NCBI GenBank assembly: GCA_964016885.1
Contig: OZ024748.1
Location: 19,716,001 to 19,780,000 of the forward strand
Reading direction: 5' to 3'
Length of the DNA stretch: 64,000 nucleotides
DNA from: Eledone cirrhosa
Lineage: Eukaryota
Position 1 is the stretch's first letter, and the number at the start of each line of letters is the position of its first letter. Positions 12,931 through 27,461 of this stretch are shown here, piece after piece. The notes under the pieces were generated by a model that worked only from the letters and a program-made list of their open reading frames with translations, did no database searches and had not been told where the DNA came from. Made by a program: the position numbers and the translations under genes.

Positions 12931-14560
12931 GGTGGTGGATTGGCAGTATCGGTAGAGGGTCGGACGCCATGCTTTGCAGCAAAGAGTTACGGCCCTTTAT
13001 GGTCTGAGTTCAAATCCCGCCGAGGTTAACTTTGCCTTTCATCCTTACGTGGTCGATAAAATAAAGTACCAGTAATACACTGGATCTCAAGAGACCATAA
13101 GGTCCGCCATGTTCAAGAAAGAACACACATATACACACACATACATTTTTAGGTGTTTAGACTTGAGATGTACTTATATTGAGAGAATCTTCCTTAGTAT
13201 ATGGGCAGTTCCCATTAGTACTATCCTTTGTATTTTTTCTATACGCAGGTTTCCTGGGATTTGGGATAAGTAATCATCAGACCCCTTAGGTATCATTCAT
13301 AGAGCGCCTACAACGTCTGGTATTGTTTTAGTTCTCAATTTCCACATTTTTCCAATTTCTATCTCCAGGTCCTTATACTTGCTCAATTTTTCAAATGTTT
13401 TATAGATACATTCTTGTCTATTGGAACGGACATATCAATTAGCAGGCATACCCTCTTTTTATTATTATTATTATTATTATTATGAGTTCAAATCCCGCCG
13501 AGGTTAACTTTTCCTTTCATCCTTACGGGGTCGATAAAATAAAGTACCAGTAATACACTGGATAATTGCTGGCCTTATGCCTAAAGTAGAAACAATTATA
13601 TTATTTAATTATATGTAGTTATAGAATTAATATCGTTGTTGACTTTGCCTTTCATCCTTACGGGGTCGATAAAATAAAGTACCAGTAATGCACTGGGTAA
13701 TTGCAGACCTTGTGCCTAAAGTAGAAACAATTATTTTATTTTATTATATGTAGTTATAGAATTAATATCGTTGTTGACTTTGCCTTTCATCCTTACGGGG
13801 TCGATAAAATAAAGTACCAGTAATGCACTGGGTATTTGCTGGCCTTGTGCCTAAAGTAGAAACAATTATTTTATTTAATTATATGTAGTTATAGAATTAA
13901 TATCGTTATCCTTATTCAGCGGATTGGCAGAATCGGACAGGTTTCGCGGCTTAGAATTACATCCCTTTTCGTTCTGATTTCCGATTCCGCCGAGGTTAAC
14001 TTTGCCTTTTATATAGTGATTAAAATAAATATTGTCGATAGAATAAACAACCAGTTTCCACCCTCCCTCCAATCGACTTCCCCTCCCCTTGTGCCTTAAT
14101 CAGAAATCATTATTGTTATTATGTAGCGGTGGAATGACAGAATCTTTAGAGTGTCGGACATTATGCTTAGCGAAAACAGAGTTACGGACCTTTACATTCT
14201 GAGTTCGAATCCCGCCGAGGTTAGCTTTGCTTTTCATCCTCACGAGGTCGATAAAATAAAGCACCAGTAAGGCACTGGGGTCGATTTAATAGACTTTCCC
14301 CCCTCCCCAAATTACTGGCTTTGTCCCTCTAGTAGAAATCATTATTATTGGATGTGACCTCAGTAGATTAGCAGAAATCGGTTGAGCGTCAGACAAAATA
14401 CATTGCGATAGTTATTTACGACTTTCTACGTTCTAATTTCGAATTCCATCAAGATCAACTTTGCTTTTCTTTGCTCAGGTGTCGATAAAATAAAGTACCA
14501 GTTAAATACTTTCCTCTTGCCCCCAAATTGCTGTCCTTGTGCAATATATGTCAAAACTAA
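12931..14560 (+). mobile_element. Head-to-tail cluster of the dominant tRNA-derived SINE family (about 7 full or partial copies, including ~135-bp tandem 3' duplications)
   Basis: Repeated TGGCAGTATCGGTAG (A-box-like), GAGTTCAAATCC (B-box), GCCTTTCATCCTTACGGGGTCGATAAAATAAAGTACCAG and ATT tails. Confidence 0.85.
13085..13458 (-). mobile_element. Truncated, diverged copy of the R4/Dong-like LINE 3' end
   Basis: Reverse complement aligns by eye to about 33470-33845; abuts (TTA)n at 13459-13483. Confidence 0.9.
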
Positions 14561-14726
14561 TAATTATTATCAGATTTATTGTAATATACTCCTTCTTTGT
14601 TTGTTCAAGTGCTTTTGAAATTTCATTTTATTCATTTAATTTTTATTTATCTATCCATTTATTTAACTTTAGACACCAAAGAAGTTATGCAGCAAACTAA
14701 TAAAACAAAGTTTTCCAGCGCATTAC

Positions 14727-14877
14727 CATCTTCCAGGGAAACGCCTTCTCTATTCTGCCCGTCGGGGCCATGGGGCGCCAGCGCGTGGGACCCCATTTGC
14801 TCATAATAGTGAGAGATGGGGAGGGCGAAAGAGATGGAGGTGATGACAGTGGGAGTACGGTTCGTCTGTATTCGGAT
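14727..14877 (-). CDS. Candidate coding exon (IRIQTNRTPTVITSISFALPISHYYEQMGSHALAPHGPDGQNREGVSLED)
   Basis: GC-rich unique island, open frame with C/G-rich third positions, cag acceptor and GTAATG donor; a plus-strand exon 14719-14882 is about equally possible. Confidence 0.3.
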
Positions 14878-15217
14878 CTGGCGTACGTGTATGTGTATGT
14901 TTACTTCTAGTCAAAGTAACAATAATGTTTAATACAATACTTAAAAGAACTTCCTATCATATTGCAAAAAAAAAAAAAACTAAATAAAACAAAGTGATAC
15001 TGGATAATTTATTCCAAATCTTCCAAATGAAAAAAAACGCAACAACTAAAAAAATACAGGGATCAAAATTAGAAGCAGAAGGTTGGCATCAAAATATCCC
15101 ACATTCCTGGAATGGATCATCGTCTGGTTTCGACGATGGCTCACGAAGTGTCTCGGTCTTTTAACCTAGCGGAGCACATTTTTCTCTTCAAGTCGGACCA
15201 CATCCGATTTCTCCCAG

Positions 15218-15347
<130 letters not shown>

Positions 15348-15862
15348 AAGAGAGTATGTGTGATAAAGGGAAAAACCCGACTGCAGCACTGGACGGGACT
15401 GGTACTTCATTTATCGACCTCGAAAGGATGCAATGGAAAATTGACCTCAACGGAATATGAACCTTTACAGCCACAATAAGCGGGAACAAACATCAAGACA
15501 CTGGTAGTTAAACGGTCGCTTTAACAACACTACCATTTCGCTGCTTTCAGAACAGAAGGTTGACATCAAAATGCTAAGAATTTCTACAGTTACATTATCA
15601 CACGTTGTATTATTTGTCGATTATGTTCTACAACATAATAAAATAAAACGTAAAATATGTCAAGCAATGGGAATTTGGAAGCTATAACACGTTTAAAATG
15701 TCTATAATTGAAAATATGGATATACATTATTATAACTTTGGCTTTCATCCTTATGGGATTGATAAAATAAAGTACTAGTAATGCACTGGGATAAATCCAG
15801 GCCTTGTGCCACAAGCACAATCAATTATTATTATTAGTGTTATTATTAGTGTTATTGTTATT

Positions 15863-16481
15863 GTCAGGGTAACTGTGGCCTTTTAATGGGCTTTCTCCAC
15901 AAATGTCCCTCCAAAGTCTCCCCCCTATTGGGGAATTTTTCATTGTTATTTTTTTGTTACATACTCTGTTTTTGTTTTTTTACACGCAGAAATGCCCATT
16001 TGTACCGTCCTGTATTGTCCTGCACTGTTCTTAATGTCTACTTTATGTAAACCCGTGTAGTTAATAAAGAAATCGTTATTATTGTTATTATAACTTTTTC
16101 AAATTTCATTTGAAAAGGAAAGTCAGGGTAGAGAGGGAAGTGCTCTCTTCCCAGCATTTTGTTGAAAGATGGGTGAGAGAAGCAAGTATGGCCCAAGTGA
16201 ATGGACCTACTCTGAGTATGTGTCTGTAAATTAAAGGTGGAAAACTGGGAGAGGGTACTTTCCCTGGTGGTCAGGGTCACTGTGGCCTTTTAATGGGCTT
16301 TCTCCACAAATGTCCCTCGAAGTCTCCCCCCTATTGAGGAATTTTTCATTGTTATTTTTTTGTTACATCCTCTGTTTTTTTGTTTTTTTACACGCAGAAA
16401 TGCACATTTGTACCGTCCTGTATTGTCCTGTACTGTCCTTAATGTCTACTTTATGTAAACCCTTGTGGGTAATAAAGAAAG

Positions 16482-16518
<37 letters not shown>
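15863..16518 (+). mobile_element. Two tandem 3' ends of a Tx1/L1-like LINE with (TTA)n tails
   Basis: 16092-16229 reads NFFKFHLKRKVRVEREVLSSQHFVERWVREASMAQVNGPTLSMCL*; the 3' UTR ends AATAAAGAAAGC(ATT)n and is duplicated at 15863-16075; clade assignment is from memory. Confidence 0.55.
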
Positions 16519-16519
<1 letters not shown>

Positions 16520-16716
16520 GCGGTGGATTGGCAGTATCGGTAGAGCGTTAGAGACAATGCTTTGCAGCATAGAGTTACAGCCCTTTATGTTCAGAGTTCA
16601 AATCTTGCCGAAGTTAGCTTTACCTTTCATCCTTACGGGGTCGATAAAATAAAGTACCAGTAATACACTGGGATAATTGCTGGCCTTGTGCCAAAAGTAG
16701 AAACCATTATTATTAT
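16519..16716 (+). mobile_element. Full-length dominant-family SINE
   Basis: A/B-box-like motifs, central motif and ATT tail. Confidence 0.85.
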
Positions 16717-16863
16717 TTAAATTTTTTAGATAGATCCACTTAAATATTCAGAAATTCTCATCAAGAAATTTACAGGCATCAAGTTACTACTTGCTTTCTT
16801 TCTTTTCTTTCTATTATCTGTGTGTGTGTTTCTATATATGTATATATATATATATATATATAA

Positions 16864-16952
<89 letters not shown>

Positions 16953-17219
16953 TAGATGTGTGAGTGTTTGTAGTAGAGTGTGAGATGTAAACTACGAGAT
17001 AAGATTAGTTATAATATTCCTGATGAAAGAATGTTATTGCATCCTGATGTCTAAACGATTTTAATTTCTCAATTTAACAGAGATGTTTTTTATGAGGAAA
17101 AAATTGAAATAAACACTAATGAATACACAAATTATATATATATATGTGTGTGTGTGTGTATGTGTGTGTAGGGGGGGGGGTACATGTGTCTGCGTGGTAT
17201 GTGTGTGTATGTATGTATG

Positions 17220-17282
<63 letters not shown>

Positions 17283-17407
17283 TGCATATATATATATGTA
17301 TATATATAAGTATTGTATATAATACTTATACAGCTGCCAAGGGAATGATCGTAGCATATTCTACATATGTATAGGTATATACATATATATATCTATATAT
17401 ATATATG

Positions 17408-18105
<698 letters not shown>

Positions 18106-18229
18106 AATATATATATATATATATATATCCTGATGTCTAACAAGACAACCCAAGACAAAACATCATCAAGGAAACTTATTGCATAATGATTACACAAATG
18201 TATGTATGTTCTTCTGGTTTTATAATATT

Positions 18230-18274
18230 TCTAGACCACAGCCCCCGTGACCCAACGGGCCACGTATAGTCTAG
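18230..18274 (+). mobile_element. Helitron-like 3' terminus
   Basis: Hairpin CCCGT gaccca ACGGG, 11 nt spacer, then CTAG followed by T. Confidence 0.45.
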
Positions 18275-18352
18275 TTATATATATATACCATCACCCTCGT
18301 TACTACCACCCTCGCCACCATCACATGAATAAAGGATGCTGTTAAAACGAGT

Positions 18353-19176
18353 TGTGGACATTTGACCACCAGATATTTCCAATATATTACTGTGGACATT
18401 TGACCACCAGATATTTCCAATATATTAATGTCGACGTTTGACCACCAGATATTTCCTATATATTAATGTGGACATTTGACCACCAGATATTTCCAATATA
18501 TTACTGTGGACATTTGACCACCAGATATTTCCAATATATTAATGTGGACATTTGACCACCAGATATTTCCAATATATTACTGTGGACATTTGACCACCAG
18601 ATATTTCCAATATATTAATGTGGACATTTGACCACCAGATATTTCCAATATATTACTGTGGACATTTGACCACCAGATATTTCCAATATATTAATGTGGA
18701 CATTTGACCACCATATATTTCCAATATATTACTGTGGACATTTGACCACCATATATTTCCAATATATTACTGTGGACATTTGACAACCAGATATTTCCAA
18801 TATATTACTGTAGACATTTGACAACCAGATATTTCCAATATATTAATGTGGACATTTGACCACCAGATATTTCCAATATATTACTGTGGACATTTGACCA
18901 CCAGATATTTCCAATATATTACTGTGGACATTTGACCACCAGATATTTCCAATATATTACTGTGGACATTTGACCACCAGATATTTCCAATATATTAATG
19001 TGGACATTTGACCACCAGATATTTCCAATATATTAATGTGGACATTTGACCACCAGATATTTCCAATATATTACTGTGGACATTTGACCACCAGATATTT
19101 CCAATATATTAATGTGGACATTTGACCACCAGATATTTCCAATATATTAATGTGGACATTTGACCACCAGATATTT
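18353..19176. repeat. 38-bp minisatellite, about 21.7 copies
   Basis: TGTGGACATTTGACCACCAGATATTTCCAATATATTAM; unit starts at 18353, 18391 and on to 19151. Confidence 0.95.
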
Positions 19177-19292
19177 ACATCATCACAAGACATTAGGTAT
19201 CACTATAAAATGGGGACTAGTATTCACTCCCAGGGGCAACGGGTGCAAGACATCCAGCTCAAAACTGACCACAGCTGCTGGTATGGATTTTT

Positions 19293-19362
<70 letters not shown>

Positions 19363-19558
19363 TGTGTGTGTGTGTGAGTGTGTGTGTATGTACGTGCGTG
19401 CGTGTGTGTTTTAATAACCTTGGTTTTCCTGGGCCCACGGATAATCCGATAGATGAGTGGTTAATATGTTCAAGAGAAGAGCAAGCTGGCAAGTGATAGG
19501 ATTGTACAGAGTATCTCTGAGATGTATTGCTGCGTCACCAAACGCCGAAATTCCTTAC

Positions 19559-19702
19559 CACGCTTAGCCTAAACACGCATAGTGCCTCGTGTCGCTTTGG
19601 AAAGAACGTTGGCATGAGTCTGGGTGAAGGGAGGGCTCTGTGTGGTGGTAAGTAAGATTTATATACTCGACTGTTTCTTAGCACTACACATGGGTGATCC
19701 AG
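19559..19702 (-). CDS. Candidate 144-nt coding exon (LDHPCVVLRNSRVYKSYLPPHRALPSPRLMPTFFPKRHEALCVFRLSV)
   Basis: Strong acceptor ttttcttgtttccag and donor GTG|gtaagg; open in phase 0; no recognised homology. Confidence 0.3.
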
Positions 19703-19879
19703 CTGGAAACAAGAAAATTACAAACAGATGGAAATAAAGTTACCCACCACCACCACTACTAACAACAACAGAAACAACAACTAAACATTTTTTCACTATA
19801 CCTAATGCTTCATTCATTGTATATACATAATGTCTCAAAATTGATAAATCAACACATACGCACGCAAACACACACATTC

Positions 19880-19934
<55 letters not shown>

Positions 19935-20006
19935 CACATACATATAATTATATACATACATTTTTCACACACACACAAACACCCACACACCCACACACAC
20001 ACACAC

Positions 20007-20059
<53 letters not shown>

Positions 20060-20060
<1 letters not shown>

Positions 20061-20193
20061 GTTATTCCGGGTTGAATCGGAGGTAACCACAGTAAATAAG
20101 GTACTCAATACATAGCAGAGTATAACAGTTTTAATATAGATGAGATTCTACAGGACTAGAACTGTTTCATTCATTAGAAATCATCAGGAATCT
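20060..20193 (-). mobile_element. TA-flanked Penelope pLTR-like fragment with hammerhead-like motif
   Basis: Minus strand agattc CTGATGA tttc taat gaat GAAAC agttcta GTC; same family at 24125-24250, 30355-30470 and 44929-45115. Confidence 0.65.
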
Positions 20194-20206
20194 ATATATA
20201 TATATA

Positions 20207-20547
20207 TACAATATATTAATAAATGGAAACTATATTTCAAGGGCCACCAAGTCAAATTATGGTGCGCTTTCATCAGATAAAATACAGATTTGTTTTATAA
20301 ATAAATATTGACATACCAGGAAAAAAAAGACAACCTTAACGGTTGGAGCTTCCTGGATAGTCTATCCAGGTAGCTCCAACCGTTAAGGTTGTCTTTTTTT
20401 CCGGGTATGTCAATATTTATTTATAAAATAAATCTTTATTTTATCTGATGAAAGCGCACCATAATTTGCCTTGGTGGCCCTTGAAACATGTATAATAAAA
20501 TAAATATGGTTTTATAAATATAGTTTCCATTTATTAATATATTGTGT
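20207..20547. repeat. Long palindrome centred at 20361 within a TA-flanked element
   Basis: CCTGGATAG t CTATCCAGG centre; arms about 150-185 bp with few mismatches; single-arm copy at 8088-8270. Confidence 0.9.
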
Positions 20548-20637
20548 ATTTACTCCACTAATTTGTTGAGTGCTTTATATCAGTTATAAAAAATGTTAAG
20601 CTTGTTGAATCCCAACACATTAAATATAACCTCTGCA

Positions 20638-20693
<56 letters not shown>

Positions 20694-21210
20694 AATTTTA
20701 GTACAGCATTAACGAAGGTTTTGGCTGCGGCTAAGCTAACGAATGCAGATTCGGAATGCAGCTTAGCACTCGATGGAGAATAATACCCCAGAGTTATAAC
20801 AATACGTTTAGGCAGCTTTGCAAATCAAATATAGCGCCCGACAGTCCAGCCGCATTGCCATAGTAACGAAAAAAACTGAACTCAGGAAAATATTTTGACT
20901 GACCTGGACCATTACATGGACATCGAATGCAATACATAACGCATCCCGTATAGTATATAATATATACATCACATATAACATACAACATACACGCTAGGTT
21001 TCTGTAAATCCGAGATCGACAAATTCCGCTTGCAGGGGTCTGCAAGTTAATGGCCTTTGACGACACAACAAAGGATTTACTTAGTCAACAAGTCTTGTGT
21101 TCTATAGCCTCGGCGGGTGTGTTTTCTAGCAGTAATTTTCGCTATAGACACGTGTTTTCCCAAAGGGAGGTAACCCCCGTTTTGGCAGTCAATTCGAAAT
21201 TTGGGACAAA

Positions 21211-21290
<80 letters not shown>

Positions 21291-22402
21291 TATCCATTTT
21301 AAAGTGTAATTCTAGAATATCTAAGTCGATATTAATGGCTTCTTGAAGAATTATATAACCTGACTCTAATATTTGATCTTGTGTATCACGTGCTGTTAGC
21401 TAAGTAACTTCAACATTTAGGAGAATCAAGCCAGCATAAGTTCATGTATACTGGACACAACAGAGGCTCATGGTCAGATTGTACCCTAATGTTTTACATT
21501 ACAACCGATCTTTTCTGATCGTCACTGATTCCTTACTCCCGATCAACAGGATATGGGAACCATTTTTAAAGCAGGAAGGCCACATTAAAATTAACCGATA
21601 ACTAATGAGGCCATATTTTGAAAAAGAAATATATATCTTTTCTCGTTAAACCTCGGTTATTTGCGAAGCTAATTATAAATGTAAATAAAGAAACATAAGT
21701 CGGTTTTGAACGACATTAAAATTAGTTAAAAAGATAAACATTACATAAAATCAAATCAGCAAACATATATTCCAATATGAAGCTGTAACTTCGAAACTTT
21801 GAATATATGTTTACAGAAGACAAGTAGTCATATGACCGCAGTTCCCCACCCCAACCCTTGCGCTACAACAATAACTAATATTTCTCAGTTAGCTGCTTCT
21901 GTATCATCAACACTTCACCGTCGGTCTTGAAAGAAAACAGCCCTCTCCAGATCTGGAAATGACGTGGGTTCTTCCAAGTTTATAGTGGCCAAGATATGCC
22001 GTATATCACTACGGTGCTCATAAGACCTTATCAGAAGTTCCGCGTCCATACAGACATACAAACATATATACATACATACTACATAGATGATGGCTGCAAA
22101 CTCTGTTAAGAGTATTGCAATCGCTTTTAACAGATCCTGAACAAGCAATGTCTGTGCTTTGAAGGTTTTTTTAAGTGTGGAAAGGCCTTGCATTTGACCA
22201 TTCCCCCTCTCTAAACATCGAAGTTTACCTCTATTAGAAAGATGTCGTGACAACAACTGGGGCCCTTTCACTCCCATGTGAGGGAAAATAAACTACTATT
22301 TGGATAGCCGTTGATTCTGCTGAGTTCCTCCGCCCTTTGCCGGATCTTGTGTTTCATCCTGCAGGGTGTCCAAATATAACATACATACATACATACATAC
22401 AT

Positions 22403-23350
22403 GGTGGCTGCCAACTCGTTTTCGAGTACGGCCACTACTTTATATCCATGTAGGAGAACCCCTACCGATGCGCTGAACGAGTGTGACTTTTTAGTCCAGC
22501 CAGCGACTTGAAAACTCTGGTACAAACACTACACTTGTGACAATCATTGACACATAGTGTTGGGCCCATGGTACCACGTGATGACAAGTGCAGAGAGATC
22601 CCCAGATATAAAGCAATGCCTGTGCCGTGAAGCTTTTATAGTGAGCAAAGGCAATGCACAAAGCCAGTCCCACTCTCTTAACTAAGATGATATTTACCAA
22701 AAAGAAGAACAAGTCAACATCATTGGATACCATCAGGGTTGCAGGTGTTATATCAGAGTTTTCCTTCTCCTAGAATTCTGCCTTGACAAAGGCTAAGAGG
22801 TCATCTCTCCCGGTGATTTTAGATGGCCATTGACTCTTAAGAGCTCCTTTGCCCTTTTGACAGGTTTTGTTTTTAGTCCTGTAGGATGTCCAAAGTCACC
22901 CTCCTCACCAAGAAACCTTGGTGGGGTTGCCAGTTTAGTCGCCAACGACCCGACCATGAGACAGGTTGTACTGGGATACATGTTACCAGTAGCAGCAACA
23001 TACATACACACCAACATACATACATACATACATGGTGGCTGCCAACTCGTTTTCGAGTACGGCCACTACTTTATATCCATGTAGGAGAACTCCTACCGAT
23101 GCGCTGAACGAGTGTGAATTTTTAGTCCAGCCAGCGACTTGAAAACTCTGGTACAAACACTGCACTTGTGACAATTATTGACACATAGTGCTGGGCCCAT
23201 GGTACTATGTGACGACAAGTGCAGAGAGATCTCCAGATATAAAGCAATGCATGTGCCGTGAAGCTTTTATAGTGAGCAAAGGCACTGTACAAAGCCAGTC
23301 CCACTCTCTTAACCAAGATGATATTTACCAAAAAGAAGAACAAGTCAACA
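22403..23350 (-). mobile_element. Two tandem copies of the (TACA)n-associated non-coding retroposon (about 600 bp and 320 bp)
   Basis: Both start GGTGGCTGCCAACTC after CATA repeats; the longer copy contains AGTTTTCCTTCTCCTAG and GTTGCCAGTTTAGTCGCC, reminiscent of RTE 5' UTR-derived parts. Confidence 0.8.
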
Positions 23351-23422
23351 TACATACATACATACATACATACATACATACAAACATACATACATACATA
23401 CATACATACATACATACATACA

Positions 23423-23453
<31 letters not shown>

Positions 23454-23580
23454 GGGTAGCATGACTGTCCATTTATCATAGACATATATAATCGATAGAA
23501 TCAAACATTCTCAAACTAATAAAAAATACATTGGTAATCTGTTTTGATTCCCAATAATAATAATAATAATAATAATAATA

Positions 23581-23742
23581 ATTGTTTCTGCTTTGGCACA
23601 AGGCCAGCAATTACCCAGTACATTACTGGTACTTTATTTTATCGACCCCGTAAGAGTGAAAGGCAAAGTGAACCTCGACGGGATTTGAACCCAGACCGTA
23701 AAGGGACGTAACTATGCAAGAAAGCATGGCGTCCGACATACA
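23581..23742 (-). mobile_element. Dominant-family SINE
   Basis: Reverse complement of family consensus; (TAA)n tail at 23553-23582. Confidence 0.8.
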
Positions 23743-23819
23743 ACTGTGTGGTGTATATATGCCCATGTACACACACACACACACATATAAATATGCATAC
23801 ATATATGATATTTAAAAAA

Positions 23820-23881
<62 letters not shown>

Positions 23882-24411
23882 GTTGTCTAATCTGATTAGT
23901 GTTTTCGTTGTTTTGGTATTGTGTCGCTAGGTCTGCATGCCGCAATTTAAAATTTGTCAAGCTGTCTAAACGTATGTTGTTACTCTAAGGCCCGACCTTA
24001 TTGAGTGGTTTGCTACTCATTCCTTATTGTAGGTCGACTTTGCTTGGCCGCAGTCAAAGCTTCGATTTTACTAAGCTTCCACTTGTATATATATATACAC
24101 ACACACACACACACATATATATATGATGATTTCTAATGAATGAAACAGTTCTAGTCCTGTAGAATCTCATCTATATTAAAACTTTTATACTCTGCTATGT
24201 ATTGAGTACCTTACTTACTGTGGTTACCTCCGATTCAACCCGGAATAACGTACATATATATATATATATATATAACAAAGGAGTTGTGGTAAGGAACCAG
24301 ATGGACCATAACGCACCAGAGTACTCAATACTTAGGGTAGTAGAGTGGGAAATTTAGTCCAGAAATAGCCGTCGAAACGGCTTGAGCTCTGCCGTCGGTG
24401 TAATACTTTTT

Positions 24412-24467
<56 letters not shown>

Positions 24468-24659
24468 TACTTCATTTCTCTCACCAAAATATTTCAACTA
24501 TGTTAATGTGTTATATATTGTATCTATTAAGTTTCATTCTCGGATAATATTTTTTTTTTACAATCAATTCATTTGAAATACATTTTCTCTGGTGAATGTT
24601 ATAGGAGCAGTGATAGGGTTTGTTTTTATTACTGTTGTTGTTCTTGGTAGAGGTGGTTA

Positions 24660-24690
<31 letters not shown>

Positions 24691-24851
24691 GCTGTTGTTG
24701 TTGATAATGTTGCTGTACATTGATAACTAGAGTCGCTCTGGATAACGATAGCCATATTCTGTTTATTTTCAAGTATTTATGTTTTCAGCGATAATGAAAT
24801 GACATCCATATTCACACAAACACAGACCCATAAAACATATATAGTTATTTG

Positions 24852-24952
<101 letters not shown>

Positions 24953-25024
24953 GTGTGTATATAAGTATATATATATATATATATATACACATATATATAT
25001 ATACACATATACATATATACATAT

Positions 25025-25073
<49 letters not shown>

Positions 25074-25161
25074 TATATATGTATATTATATATTATATAT
25101 ATATAATATAATATATATGTACATATATACCCATTAGACATTCAACATAAATAGTATATAT

Positions 25162-25227
<66 letters not shown>

Positions 25228-26398
25228 ATATTTAATTGTGTCATACCTCTTCTTTCACGGAGATAACATTTTTTTCCCTTTAATTACGTGTCCCACTCGA
25301 CTCAAGGGGACAATATTTTACATCCCGTCTGATCACCAGACACCAAGTTTCACACCAGTTGAACATATCACTTAGTATCAAGTTTTTCACTTGTAATTTT
25401 TCTTATATAACCAAATCATATTCTTCTGCCACCATGATATATTTTCTTCTCGTTAAGTAAGTACTGACAAAGATTTTATCTCGAAACCCTTAAAGGAATT
25501 CTTCTAAAAAGTAGAAACTTGCAATAATTATTATGACTTTGAGTAGTCAATATTTTTCAGGAATTTCTTCGTAAAATATTTCCCAAAGAAGTAATTAAGA
25601 TTGCTATCTATTTCGTTATTCTCGAGAAGAAGGTGGTAGAATGACTAAGGCGATGACTTGGCAACGTTGTTAGATCTGCTGATATACTATATTTTGTGGT
25701 ATTTGTTCTGGTTATCTGTGTTCTGAGTTCAAATCACGCTGATATCAAACTTGCCTTTAATTTATTTGTCGGGGTCCATGAAATAAAATATTTATCAGTC
25801 GACAGTGTTGGATACTTAAAATTGGTAGAGAATCAGAGGGGAGGGGCTATACCTAGTGATAATTGTTGTCTTTCTCTCTCCTTTTACAATGATGTTTGTT
25901 TCTGTTAAATCTTCTTCATAAAACAGTAAAAGAAAACTCTGCATGAAGAGGACAAATGAAATAGGTGCAATGTTTCAGTACATTTCTCTCTCTATTTCTC
26001 TCTCTCTCTCACTCTCACTTCTTATTCTTCATTAACGCCTGGAAGGACAAACAGTTAAAGCCGACATATGCAGTCCTTGATTGCGGTCACGAAACCAAAA
26101 TTATATTATCCCGTATATAATGTTTTCTAATTTAATTTCAAGACTGGCATTTTATACTTGATTATTCAGTGGATTTGTGGTTTACTGAGGAACCTACCAA
26201 TATTAGTATTCAATGCTACAGCCAAGCGCGTATATATATATATATATATATATTTGAAAGAAGGAAAAGATGACTTCACTTGTAGTTCTAAACAATTTGA
26301 TTTAATTTTATATCAAAATAAATCAAATTGTTTATAGCTACAAGTGAAGTCATTCTTTTCCTTTTTTCAAATAATTGTACCAAGGATTTCACACATTT

Positions 26399-26463
<65 letters not shown>

Positions 26464-26548
26464 TATATATATATAAATATATATGTATGTGTGTGTGTGT
26501 GTGTGTAATATATATAAACCGAAACCGTATATATATATATATATATGT

Positions 26549-26620
<72 letters not shown>

Positions 26621-27139
26621 ATGCATACATTCATACAAACATATATTAAAATATGCAGCCTGCCTTCAAATACATGCTTCATTATACGCAAGGAAGTGAT
26701 AACGTATACATACATGTGATACGAATTGATATCTAAGTATTCATGACTGTGTCTAGACACACAACTGCTCCTATAGTGTTCTATATTATTCTAATTAACC
26801 AGTTTATTGATTTTATTTTATTTTATTATACTTCATTGTATTTTCTTGCCTTTATTTCTTCAATTTGTATATAAATGCATGTATGGTCCCATACGTTTTG
26901 AGGAAGCCGTAGAGGAAGCCGCATTGACAAATAGCGTTTCTAGGGCATTTTAAAACATGGCGGGGCCCAATCCTCTCCAGGTCTGAATACACCAGATTTC
27001 TTCCAGAGAAAGATAGCAGTGAAAGAATGGAAGTGAGAAAGAGAATCGACCCTAGCATTTGACTGGTACTTTTTTTTTATCAACCTCGAATGGACGAAAG
27101 GCAAATTTGTCCTCAGTAGGATTTGGTCTCGGAGAGTAA

Positions 27140-27461
27140 AGAGCTGGAAGAAATACCTCAAAGTACTCTATCTGGCAAAATCTATGGCAAACTCCCTCGA
27201 GCCTCTGCCCTTCTAAAATCCCGGAGAGCTCAATTTGCTGGCCACTGTCACCGTGCCAGCAATGAAATCATATCCGCTCTCTTGCTCTGGAACCCTGACT
27301 CCAGCCTGACTAGGAGTAGGAAGCTGTCATTCCCTGACGTTATCTCTAGGGATGCGGGAAATCAGTAGACAGGACCTGGGGGCAGCGATGGGGGACGGGG
27401 AATTCTGGGGCATGAGAGTGAGATCCATCATCTCGACAGTAGTCGACGAATGATGATGATG
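27140..27461 (+). mobile_element. RTE-like LINE 3' fragment with (TGA)n tail
   Basis: IYGKLPRASALLKSRRAQFAGHCHRASNEIISALLLWNP matches the RTE ORF C-terminal RR..AGH..R....LLW.P pattern. Confidence 0.75.

Noticed and set aside
12940-13025. A/B-box motifs as tRNA genes
   Set aside because: No full cloverleaf; they are heads of multicopy SINEs
14719-14850. Plus-strand frame HYHLPGKR...GGRKR as a neuropeptide precursor
   Set aside because: No signal-peptide exon or repeated peptide found; dibasic sites are expected by chance in GC-rich frames
18353-19176. 38-bp array as a CRISPR array
   Set aside because: Units are contiguous with no unique spacers, there are no cas genes, and the context is eukaryotic
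24590-24760. (CAA)n tract on the minus strand as a polyQ/N/T exon
   Set aside because: Poor splice sites and in-frame stops in the plausible frames
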